Assembly (NCBI RefSeq): GCF_033153115.1
Contig: NW_026889750.1
Coordinates: forward strand, 2,604,001 to 2,668,000
DNA: 64,000 bases
DNA from: Saccostrea echinata
Taxonomy: Eukaryota
Direction of reading: 5' to 3'
A program made the position numbers and the translations under genes. Positions 53,991-64,000 of the stretch are shown here, piece after piece. The notes beneath the pieces are model-generated. The model saw only the letters and a program-made list of their open reading frames with translations. It was not told where the DNA came from and did not search any database. Position 1 is the stretch's first letter. Every line of letters starts with the position of its first letter.

Positions 53991-54723
53991 CTGCATGCAT
54001 GTTGCTATATTTACAATGACTGAATATCATCTCCTTTATTTCTTAAGAAAAAAATTGCCGTTTATCAGTCAGTAAACAGCAATAAGCATATTACCTGTAC
54101 AGATTTTTTTAACAGTAGCTGTACATGTTCCATCAATGAAACGCACAATGACGTACATATCAGTAATGGACTTTTACGAGAAGCACTGACTTTTGCACTC
54201 GACGGCTTAAATTGACATTCAAACATGAATTATGTAAGGAGGTACGGAATTGACAAATAGATTAGAAAACCTTACTAGTGGTCATAGGTAGGGTGTTAGG
54301 GGCACTTACATGATTTACCGGTATGCAATCAACACGAGAGATGACGGGAGGTAGAATAACATAACTTAAAATACCTTATTCGTGAGGGGTAGTACCTCCT
54401 TTCAATCTTATTTTATGACGGAATCAAATAAGGAAGAAATTAAAAAAAAAAACTTGGCAGGAGTATGTCATGGTGGGAAAGGGAGGGGTTTAGTACAGGG
54501 CGTTTCTTGTTCCCCTCCCTAGACAATGTATTATGTGCTTTGAAATGTCAATCATTATCCTTTCATTAACTGTTTAGCTAAATATTTATATCGCAAAAGA
54601 GCTGCCGTATATTGTCCCAGTGTAAAAGTAAGTCGTCGATTGTAAAAGTCTGCGCTTCTCGCAAAAGTCCATTATACTATATTTCATCTACTAAATCTTA
54701 CTTTGAATTATTATTTGTACAGA

Positions 54724-54905
54724 TATAAATATAAACAATAAAATGTTTCTCTTTAATTGTTAGTACGGGAATTAACGTTGCAGCTATTGCAGAAAAAATT
54801 TACAAAACCCGCTTAGGCGGGTTATGCATTTTTTTCTGCAACAGCTACAACATTAATTTCCGTACTAACATTCTAAGAAAACATTTTATTGTTTAAATAT
54901 ATAAA
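54724..54905. repeat. ~180-bp imperfect palindrome
   Basis: Arms aaacaataaaatgttt...tgcagaaaaaa / ttttttctgca...aaacattttattgttt around centre aacccgcttaggcgggtt. Confidence 0.85.
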
Positions 54906-55649
54906 TATATATTTCCTAAACACATGAGATTAATTTCTGTCCAATCAGAAAACATGATTTTAAATTGACACACCTATACGAATAACGCAAACAAAGAACT
55001 TAAAAACACATGGATTTTCTTTTTTTTTTATTTTGACAATTGTTTTTGGAAATCAAATTAAATATACTGAAAAAAAGAGATATTATCTACAATTCTACCG
55101 TGAACGAACTATTATTTAATCATTTTACAACATTTTGACAGCATATCATGTATTGAGTATAGCTATTAGCATTTATTGAATACATGTACAAGTCTTATTC
55201 TAGTTTATTAATACTGTGTAATTTTCAACAGAAACAAAAGCGTTACTCTCCTCACATGTAATGTATTTCGTCTGAAAAATGTATATCGATGAATGCAGCA
55301 AAAAAAAAAAATTATTATCAATTATAAGCATTCATTCATTTAAGCTACACTATGAATCATGACACAAACAATATATCAAGGTAGTTCATCCTCTATTGCC
55401 TCGACTTCAAATGATGTAAATCAAACGAAGAAGGACAACAAAAAGTTCTTTAGTATATTTTTTGATTTTTGAATATTGGAGTTGTAAAGATCTTTCGTTT
55501 TCTAAAATAATCGGATTAGATAACAGAGATTCAATTTCGTTTCGAATTTCAGTTTTAGTTTTCTTTTCGTCAGAATTCAAATACGCAGTAAGCTGATTCG
55601 GTTTCTGTCACGGGAATTTTTTGCCGGATTCATATTTCCTATGCCGTTG

Positions 55650-56306
55650 CAGGGGCGTACCTTCCATTGTGGCAATGAGGCAACTGCCTTACTAGATTTT
55701 TCTCAGCTTCCACCTGCTCCCATAAATAATAATATATTGCAAAAATCTTTTTGTAAAATTTATAAGCAAATCTATTATGTACGTTCATATAATCAAGGTT
55801 CAGGCTCTACTCCCATTACTGAAAGACTCTCAAGTAGGTAATAATATGAAAATATCAAAAATTGATGCATGTTTGACAGTTATAGTTTTCACGAAAAAAA
55901 AATTAATAAAAAATGTATTCATCCTAAAATGTGTTACAAGTTTAAATAAACATATTTATTCACTTTTTTAACATCGTCAGAAACCCGCGGTCGGTCTCGC
56001 TTCTTCTTACCTTGAGGTATGGAAAGCGAAACCGACCGTGGATTTCTGTATACTTTCATAATATATAGCAGCATATCCATGCTATGAAACCGATAAAAGT
56101 GACGAAAATTCTGTGCAGGACAAGTATGATATTTGCATTCTAAAAACCCCAAATCCATTTTCCGTCCGGGGGAGGGGGTATCAGCCCTACTAAACCCCCA
56201 CCAGGGATCTGCCCTGGACCTGCTTGGGGCCTAATTAAGGTGACTCCCATACCCCCTGCCCCAATGGTGTTGCCTCACTAGAATTTAAAGTCAAGCTACG
56301 CCCCTG
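55650..56306. mobile_element. hAT-like MITE with a 5-bp flanking duplication
   Basis: Termini CAGGGGCGTA / TACGCCCCTG, subterminal tgaggcaac / gttgcctca, flanked by CGTTG on both sides. Confidence 0.8.
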
Positions 56307-56670
56307 CGTTGATAACCGATCTTTTTGATCGTTTCAGCTAAGTTTTTCCTGCGTACAATGGAAGAAATACTGATGTCATAAAATGATTGTGAAAATTGCA
56401 TGTTAGATAAAGATTTCTCTGTACACAAAATCGTTTTATTATTTCCAAATGAAAATTGTGGGATCTGATAATTAACCTATTAAACCTAAATCCATCGCGC
56501 ATTTGCTGGAAAGGGTGTCGTATTTAGCTTTCAAGCTACTAAAATATTGAAATACAGACTTTAATTCCGAAAAGTGATCAACATTGATAATAACTTTTTC
56601 CCATTTGCCAAATAATGCAGCGCCTAAAATCCAGTTTTTGGAGCTTTTCGAAAATTGGTTTTAGATATAT

Positions 56671-58446
56671 TCACACCTCTATTTTGATCTCGTCCTTCGT
56701 ATCACCCTCGGATGGTCCACTCAGAGGCAAAAGATACATATTCCCATTTGAAGTCCCAATCCAAAGGCGGTTCTTATCCACTGCCAAAGCCCAGGGCGAA
56801 TAGAAGCGTTCAATATTATTTTCCACAAATCTTAGAAAATTTCCATCTGGACTTATAACGTGTATAACACAATTTCTAGCATCAGATATATACACATTAC
56901 TTTGCTTGTCATACGCAAGACCTTGGGCAGCCATTAACCTTGGATACTTTGGACAAATGTTTCCAGAGTACGAGAAAATTTCTTTACCATCACGATTCAC
57001 GCAGACAATGCGATCTGTTAACTCCATTAAATCAATGACCAAGAGATCTCCATAAAGATGATTTTCTATGACTTTGTATGGCCATGTAAAAATCCTGTTG
57101 CCTTTGTAGGACTCGATTTTCTTGAGAACGCGACCAGAATAAGATAACGTAAAAATTGCGCGTACGCTCTTTTCAGTGATTTTTCTTTCGTCACTATCCA
57201 CGACGGTGACAAGGATTTCTCCACTTGGAGATTTACAGAGACCAATAGGAAACAAAGGAGTCAAATCTGCAAACGTTGTAGTTTTTCCATCAGAATAAAC
57301 CATTTCAATACATGTTTTTCCTTCAAAAGTGACGAGTGTTACCTTATGGTTAAAAGAGCATAAATCATTCACAACTTGTGGCAAAGAGATGGGCTCAGAG
57401 ACGTCATGACTCAGGTCATCTTTAATTTTCAGGCGTTGGATACCCCTAGCGGTTCCAGGCTCACGAATCATCGCCATGTTGTCATTTAAAAGTGAAATGG
57501 CACTTATCCCTGTTTGACAGAGCTTGAATTTACTAAAAATTCCTAATCTCTTTTCTTGCGTTTTTGTCATTTCCAAAACTTCTGTCTCATAGGTCTTTGA
57601 ACTCATACCAACCATTTTCTGCAATGCTTTAGAATCTACCTCGCCTTTGAAAAAGGTGATTTGTATGACATGCGGCAGTATGGGAGTTTTTAGCAAAGTC
57701 CAAACATTTTCCAGTCTCTCGTTAGATTCGTAGATGTACTTGAAAGATCCCTTTGGACTATCCTCGCACTTTTTCACAGCATTCAGTACAGCTTTGGTGA
57801 CAGAGTCGAAAGAACGCTTTGAGTTCATAATGTTAGTTTCGTTTTGACTGTGAACAGATTTCAATTCAATTTCTATTTTTTCTCTTATTCTACTGACTTC
57901 TTTTTCAATTTTGTTTGAAATGTCGTTCAAAGTAACGAGAGCATCTGTCAATTCCCTTTCAGATTCTCCCTGCTTCTGCGTGCAGATACCGGAATTCTCC
58001 TTCAACAGCGGTATGGTTTCTTCCTTTAGAGAAAGAATATCATTGAGTATTTTTTCTTTCCCCTTTTCTATGAAATCTTCTAGTTTTATAAAGTCATGAA
58101 GTTTATGCGGCCCAACCACACATCTTGCACAGATAGGTTTGTAGCATGTACTGCAGTGAAACTGGTATGCTTCTTCTTCATGTTGATCACATAGTCCATC
58201 TCTTTTTTTCTTTCCCGCGTTTATTTTCAACCCACGCTCCTGTGCATCTCTGAAGTCTTTGGTTGTCAAAATTTTGTGCGTTTTCGTTGCTTTTCCTCTT
58301 TGATGTGTTGCTTTACATACGTCGCACAACGTTTCTTCACAGTCTAAACATGTCCAGCTTAAATTTATATTATGAAATCTTAAGCACAAGTCACATTTAC
58401 AGACTAGCGATTTAGTATTGATGGACTTTGGAATTTTCCCTGCCAT
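56671..58446 (-). CDS. B-box (x2) / coiled-coil / NHL beta-propeller protein (RING-less TRIM2/3/71-like), 591 aa, single coding exon
   Basis: CDLC...CLDCEETLCDVCKATH...H (B-box 1), CDQH...FHCSTCYKPICARCVVGPHKLH (B-box 2), coiled coil, NHL-type repeats (FPIGLC, WPYKV, AQGLAYDKQSNVYISD, SPWALAVDKNRLWIGT). Confidence 0.92.
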   Translation of the reverse strand: MAGKIPKSINTKSLVCKCDLCLRFHNINLSWTCLDCEETLCDVCKATHQRGKATKTHKILTTKDFRDAQERGLKINAGKKKRDGLCDQHEEEAYQFHCSTCYKPICARCVVGPHKLHDFIKLEDFIEKGKEKILNDILSLKEETIPLLKENSGICTQKQGESERELTDALVTLNDISNKIEKEVSRIREKIEIELKSVHSQNETNIMNSKRSFDSVTKAVLNAVKKCEDSPKGSFKYIYESNERLENVWTLLKTPILPHVIQITFFKGEVDSKALQKMVGMSSKTYETEVLEMTKTQEKRLGIFSKFKLCQTGISAISLLNDNMAMIREPGTARGIQRLKIKDDLSHDVSEPISLPQVVNDLCSFNHKVTLVTFEGKTCIEMVYSDGKTTTFADLTPLFPIGLCKSPSGEILVTVVDSDERKITEKSVRAIFTLSYSGRVLKKIESYKGNRIFTWPYKVIENHLYGDLLVIDLMELTDRIVCVNRDGKEIFSYSGNICPKYPRLMAAQGLAYDKQSNVYISDARNCVIHVISPDGNFLRFVENNIERFYSPWALAVDKNRLWIGTSNGNMYLLPLSGPSEGDTKDEIKIEV

Positions 58447-58722
58447 ATTCTATACACTATAGTTAATGTAAGTTGAAATAATAAAAAAAAAAGGCTGAAT
58501 AAGTTTTGCTTTCTTTTCCGATAGTATAACCACCGATTCGAACAGTGCTTTAAAACAAAGAAATCAGAGAGGTCTCTAAATGAAAAGAAAAGCCTTAGGA
58601 AACCAAATACCAGTAACTAACTAGTGACGCATGTAAACATGAGAATACTGTCACTAGATTATAAAATATAAAAGGGTAAATGGTAACTCTATTGTCAAAA
58701 AGAACTCGTAATCTTTATCAAT
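58447..58722. promoter_or_regulatory. Putative bidirectional promoter of the TRIM-NHL pair
   Basis: 276 bp between divergent ATGs; contains GAAA-rich tracts and TGACGCA. Confidence 0.55.
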
Positions 58723-60546
58723 ATGGATTCACAAGATGGCCTGATAGCAGAGAAAGGATCTTTGGACGACATTAAGACACCTCGACATTGTGAAAACTGT
58801 CATCGCAAAACGAATATGAGATGGAATTGTACCAACTGCAAAAAGATATTGTGTTACAACTGTAAATTTGTACACTCAAAGAACAAATCAACAAAAGCTC
58901 ACACTGTTGTTGAAGTAAAAACCTTCAGTAAAAGTTCTAGTGACTTGACAACAAAGCGACCAACCGCGAAAAAGTTATCTCCGGGACCCTCAAATCGTTC
59001 ACCTAGTGTTGGAAGTTCGTTATCAGTATCAAGAATTCGAGAAACCTGCAAGGAACACGAAGAATTTCTGATTTTTCACTGCAACACGTGCTCAAAACCA
59101 ATATGTAGTGACTGTATTCTGGGTACTCATAAAACGCACGAGTTAATAAAACTGGAACACTATATAAAATCCGAAAAACACAGGTTAGTACAAGAGGTTT
59201 CGGAAGTTAAGAAAACCCACATCCTAGAGTTGAAGGCATTACTCCAAAACTGTATGTCAAAGAGAAAATCTTCAGAAATGGGACTGAATTATGCCTATGA
59301 TGAATTGAACGAACACGTTGAAAAGCTCATTGTAGATGTCAGAAGCGAAGCAGACAGGATTGCTGATGACTTTAAGAGTATTCATACCAAAAACGAATCT
59401 GAATTAAGCAAAACTGAAAAGGAGATCAATGAAGCACTGAACGTTGTTAATGAAGCTATCTCACTCTGTGAAAACAACGTGGATGCATCTGTTTATCAGT
59501 TGTATCAAGCTAAAGAGAGAATGACTCATTTAAATGAAGGAATGGTGTTACCAAAGGAGCCGAACATTTATCCGATTGAATTTGAAAAAGGTCAAATTAA
59601 CAGATCCCTTCTTAGCAAAATGATATGTACAAGCATCGTCAAAGATGAGGACGAGAAAGACGAAGCAATAGAGGAACCAATCAGACCAAAAAGCAACCAA
59701 ATAAAGATTCCAAACGACGAGATGGATAGGTACAACTTGTGCAAAGTCGGAATTAGTTGTCTTTCTATCGGTTCTGACCAATCTATAACCGTCCGAGATC
59801 CGCGTACAGCAAAAGGGATTCTAAAGATCTGTATCAAACAAGGAAGAAAACTAGATGTGAAGGAACCTATTGAGTTTGACAAATACGTCACCGATATTTG
59901 CTGTTACGACAACAAGAGCACTTTGGTTACTTTTGTGAATACGGGTGCTATCAAAATCGTCAACCACCATGGTAAAATGGCGACGTTCACAGATTTATCC
60001 CCTTTATATCCAGTCAGTTTGTGGAAGACGTCGAATGGATCAATTCTAGTGTCTGTCGTCGAGGGTGATGAGTTAGAAGCAACAGAAGACAGTACACGTG
60101 CTGTTTACATTTTGTCCTTCAGTGGACGAGTTCTGAAGAAAGTGGAATATTTCCAAGGAAAACGAACGTTAAACAGACCCTATAGAGCAGTAGAGAATAG
60201 CAAGGGGGACATCGTAGTCATTGATTTTATTGACCTCGATGACAGAGTGGTCTGGATGAAGAAAGACGGCGAAGAGATTTGTTCCTATAGAGGACATGTT
60301 TCTCCAAAGTATCCAAGACTTATGGCAGCTCAGGGTCTTGCATGTGATAAAGATAGTAATGTTTACGTTTCGGATGCTAGGAATAACGTCATACACGTTG
60401 TGGACACAAGTGGAAAATTCATTCGTTTCATCGAGAACGACATGGAGAGATTTTTCTCCCCTTGGTCACTGTGCGTTGATGATAACAAACTATGGATCGG
60501 GACGTCCAACGGACGCTTATACAGAACGTTTATTAAAACAAAATAA
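58723..60546 (+). CDS. B-box (x2) / coiled-coil / NHL beta-propeller protein, paralogue of the upstream gene, 607 aa, single coding exon
   Basis: CENC...CTNCKKILCYNCKFVH, CKEH...FHCNTCSKPICSDCILGTHKTH, coiled coil, NHL repeats; shares PKYPRLMAAQGLA and LWIGTSNG with its neighbour. Confidence 0.92.
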   Translation: MDSQDGLIAEKGSLDDIKTPRHCENCHRKTNMRWNCTNCKKILCYNCKFVHSKNKSTKAHTVVEVKTFSKSSSDLTTKRPTAKKLSPGPSNRSPSVGSSLSVSRIRETCKEHEEFLIFHCNTCSKPICSDCILGTHKTHELIKLEHYIKSEKHRLVQEVSEVKKTHILELKALLQNCMSKRKSSEMGLNYAYDELNEHVEKLIVDVRSEADRIADDFKSIHTKNESELSKTEKEINEALNVVNEAISLCENNVDASVYQLYQAKERMTHLNEGMVLPKEPNIYPIEFEKGQINRSLLSKMICTSIVKDEDEKDEAIEEPIRPKSNQIKIPNDEMDRYNLCKVGISCLSIGSDQSITVRDPRTAKGILKICIKQGRKLDVKEPIEFDKYVTDICCYDNKSTLVTFVNTGAIKIVNHHGKMATFTDLSPLYPVSLWKTSNGSILVSVVEGDELEATEDSTRAVYILSFSGRVLKKVEYFQGKRTLNRPYRAVENSKGDIVVIDFIDLDDRVVWMKKDGEEICSYRGHVSPKYPRLMAAQGLACDKDSNVYVSDARNNVIHVVDTSGKFIRFIENDMERFFSPWSLCVDDNKLWIGTSNGRLYRTFIKTK

Positions 60547-60911
60547 AATTTTCAATGGGTACTAGCACTCTTCGAATTGAATATGCAAACGATCAGTGTA
60601 GTGATTAACAACATTAATCGAGCACTAAATGTGCGGTGTTTCCAATTATATTACCGACAGTAACTGGAGTTCTTTCTCTTGATATCATTGTGCACTCTAT
60701 ACGAAAACTGAATACACGTGTACATGTTTTAAAATTTATTGACAAGATATTGTCATGAGAAATCAGTCTGCATATTTCAAGGATGTATTTTAATTTCAGA
60801 TTTAGGAAGGGAAGCGATCGTGTATTGCTTTCGACATTCGTATTCTTGCTTACAATATTCAAAAATATATATTATATTCTTGGTTAAAATTAAAAACGAA
60901 AGTCGCGGGTT

Positions 60912-62646
60912 TCAAAGTTCTTTAGCAACATAATCCCACGAAACTACTACTCCTTGCATCGGTCCAAGGGTGAGACTGCTCGGGTCTACATCGGTGTCAG
61001 CATCAAAACTTTCTGATCCACCCGTCGTCAAATCAAAAGATGCCTTTGTTTGTATGGTGCTGTGAGATGAAGTATAGTCACGTTTTTGTGCAGTTTCCGC
61101 AAAATTAATTGCAACCAAGTATCTGCAAACAAATTATAACAACATCAATTTCATTTAAAAACAAGAGGCCCAGGGGCCACATCGCTCACCTGAGCACTAT
61201 GGCTAGGAAAAAGCAGAAATCACTTCAATCTTGAAAGGTTGAAAAGTTTAAATATAAAAGTGATTGGGGGGGGGGGGGTGTCAGGAATTGAACAAATTTG
61301 AATCTACATTATCTGAGGATGCTTCCATTTAAATATGACCAATCATGGCTTTGCTGTTCTTGAGTAGAAGATTTTTACAGATTTAACCTATGTATTCCTA
61401 TGTAAAACTTTGATCACCCATTGTGGCCCCACTCGACCCCCAGGGGTCATGTTTGAACAAACTTGAATTTACACTATCTAAGAATGCTTCCATATGAATA
61501 TGACCAATCATGGCTTTGCTATTCTTAACAAATAGTTTTTTTTAAAGATTTTTACTATGTGTTCCAATGTAAAACTTTGATCGCCCATTGTGGCCCCACC
61601 CGACCCCCGGGGGTCATGATTCGAACAAATTTGTATGTACACTATCTGAGGATGCTACCATATAAATATGACCAATCATGGCTTTGCTATTCTTAACAAA
61701 TTGTTATTTTTTTAGAATTTTTACTATGTGTTCCTATGTAAAACTTTGATCGCCCATTGTGGCCCCACCCGACCCCCGGGGGTCATGAGTTGAATAAATT
61801 TGAATCTACACTATCAGAGGATGCTTCCATGTAAATATGACCAATCATGGCTTTGCTGTTCTTGAGAAGAAGATTTTTAAAGATTTTTCCTATATATTCC
61901 TATGCAAAACTTTGTTCGCCGATTGTGGCCCCACCCGACCCCCGGGGGTCATGATTTGAACAAATTTGAATCTACACTACCTGAGGATGCTTCCATGTAA
62001 ATATGACCAATCATGGCTTTGCTATTCTTGAGAAGAAGATTTTTAAAGATTTTTCCTATATATTCCTATGTAAAACTTTGATCGCCCATTGTGGCCCCAC
62101 CCTACCCCCGGGGGTCATGATTTGAACAAACTTGAATCTACACTACCTGAGGATGCTTCCAAGTAAATATGACCAATCATGGCTTTGCTGTTTTTGAGAA
62201 GAAGATTTTTGAAGATTTTTCCTATATATTCCTATGTAAAACTTTGATGGCCCATTGTGGCCCCACCCGACCCCCGGGGGTCATGATTTGAACAAACTTG
62301 AATGTACACTATCTGAGGATGCTACCATATAAATATGACCAAGTATGGCTTTGCTGTTCTTGAGAAGAAGATTTTTAAAGATTTTTCCTGTATATTTCCT
62401 ATGTAAAACTTTGATCGCCCATTGCGGCCCCACCCTACCCCCGGGGGTCATGATTTGAACAAATTTGAATCTACACTACCTGAGGATGCTTCCACATAAG
62501 TTTCATGTTTTCAAGCACAGTGGTTCTTGAGAAGAAGATTTTTTAATGATGCCATTAATTTTTCACGAATTCTTAATTATCTCCCCTTGGAAGAGGGCGT
62601 GGCCCTTCATTTGAAGAAACTTGATTCCCCTATACCCAAGGATACT

Positions 62647-62701
<55 letters not shown>

Positions 62702-62771
62702 GTGAAAAGTTTACAGACGGACAGACGGACAGACAGACGGACAGACGGACAGACGGACTACAGACAAAATG

Positions 62772-62817
<46 letters not shown>

Positions 62818-63741
62818 TTAGTCACCATACATCAACAATTGCAAAGTTATAGTTTCTTAAGTATGTAAATAAGCATCTGTGGTACCGGTCTTACCCTTTT
62901 TTTCCATCGAATTCTCGGACAAACGAGAAGACACTGTTATCAACAAGTGCTGAGTGGTACTCCCCGATACGGAAACTATCTTCTCTTCTAAGAATGGTAA
63001 GATTTTTGAAAAATGAGAGAAGAGAGTCGCCCTTTGAACTCTGATTCTGTAAAACAAAGATTATACACACGGTATTGCGCAATGGCTACATTAGATTTTT
63101 CACTAAGAAAACCAGTTGTGGCGGAAAGAAATTCAGGGTTCCTTTAAATACCTTAACATTATTAATTTGGTAGTCTGTACTTGTTGCTATCCAAGGTGAA
63201 GATGAATTACTGAATCCAGCATTACGTGTGTTATCCCACTGCATTAGTCCCCTAGATGGATGTTTCCGCGAAGTTGATGAAGTTGGTTCTGCCACGTCCA
63301 TCATGTTGATTTCATCGCCATAGTATAGGACAGGAGTTCCGGGCAAGAGCATCGTCAGCATGGCAAAGGCGCGAATAAAACTTTCGTTGTGATTGGATGC
63401 CAGTCGTTTTACACTTTCGTCACCAAACTACCAAAAAAAAAAAAATAAAAATAAAAAAATCACACAATACCTTTTCTTTCTTTTTTTTTCCGAAAAAAAT
63501 CTTGCGCCAGCATAACTTGCAGACTCTTATTTATACTGTACATACCGACCAGGTGGGCCAACGACCCGAAGGTAGGTTGTTCATCCATTCATTGACGTAG
63601 TTGCCAACACACCGGCCATTGCAATTAGAGGCGAATGGCCTTCTTCTGAGGGGGAGATGAACACCATCTCTCTGGAAATGGCCGTAATATTTCATCATTT
63701 CTGTAACAGCGGAATTGGGATCGGGGTCTGCCATGAGAACC
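60912..63741 (-). CDS. SLC3 heavy chain-like (rBAT/4F2hc; GH13 alpha-glucosidase fold), last four exons; gene continues beyond the window
   Basis: Exons 63546-63741, 63152-63427, 62895-63046, 60912-61122. Motifs: WMNNLPSGRWPTW, MLLPGTPVLYYGDEI, RGLMQWDNTRNAGFS...PW, FSFVREFDG, YLVAINF. Catalytic-region residues altered (see findings). Confidence 0.85.
61160..62817 (+). mobile_element. HINE/Helentron-like element carrying a 166-bp satellite core (about 7-8 copies; Cg170-like length)
   Basis: Subterminal inverted repeat gctcacctgagc (61184-61195) / gctcaggtgagc (62800-62811); ttgtggcccc recurs every 166-169 bp (61421-62422); (GACA/GACG)n; 3' hairpin agctcacttgagccttcggctcaggtgagct. Confidence 0.9.
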
Positions 63742-64000
63742 CTGTGAAGAAAACGAAAGAAAAAACAGACCTCTCACAGACTCAGTCATGATTTTTCAAG
63801 CAATTGTATGATTTCAGTAGGAAAAAGCAACATTATGTGTTACTGGGGTTTTTGTATGCTACCTATTCATGTGTTTATCGACTGTTGTGCGCCATCTTGC
63901 AAACATATCGTATATTTCTGGTAGGTTCTTCGTGTATATATGGTCGTAGTCCTTGTATTCCTATAAGAAATTGAAAATTAATTATTAGTACATTAATCTT

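Noticed and set aside
62527-62814. 95-aa ORF with TDGQTDRQ repeats
   Set aside because: Translation of the HINE microsatellite and 3' end.

Overview
AT-rich, intron-rich animal genomic DNA; the repeat families and B-box/NHL genes point to a bivalve, most likely an oyster (inference). Exons were traced by hand from GT-AG sites and reading-frame continuity. Genes, in order: cytosolic NAD-dependent glycerol-3-phosphate dehydrogenase GPD1 (-), IGBP1/alpha4 (-) head-to-head with FMC1 (+), GATAD1 (+), mitochondrial-type SHMT2 (-), an unrecognised 5-coding-exon gene (+), a head-to-head pair of intronless B-box/coiled-coil/NHL (RING-less TRIM-like) paralogues, and the 3' exons of a non-catalytic GH13/SLC3 heavy-chain-like gene (-). 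Introns and intergenic DNA hold many non-autonomous elements: Helentron/HINE-like elements with satellite cores, hAT and Tc1-like MITEs, Penelope and Hero retroelement relics, tRNA-derived repeats and long palindromes. There is one 145-N gap. Four signals stand out: (1) a hidden cassette of tiny alternative last exons for GPD1, two ending in peroxisomal PTS1-like tripeptides (-PRL, -CHL) among clustered TGCATG motifs; (2) a 2.9-kb element with CACTGTG-starting TIRs and a 5-bp TSD (Transib/RAG-like signature); (3) the orphan gene with an NLS, SQ sites, an E2F/CHR promoter and a C-terminal LIR-like WDFV; (4) the divergent TRIM-NHL pair.
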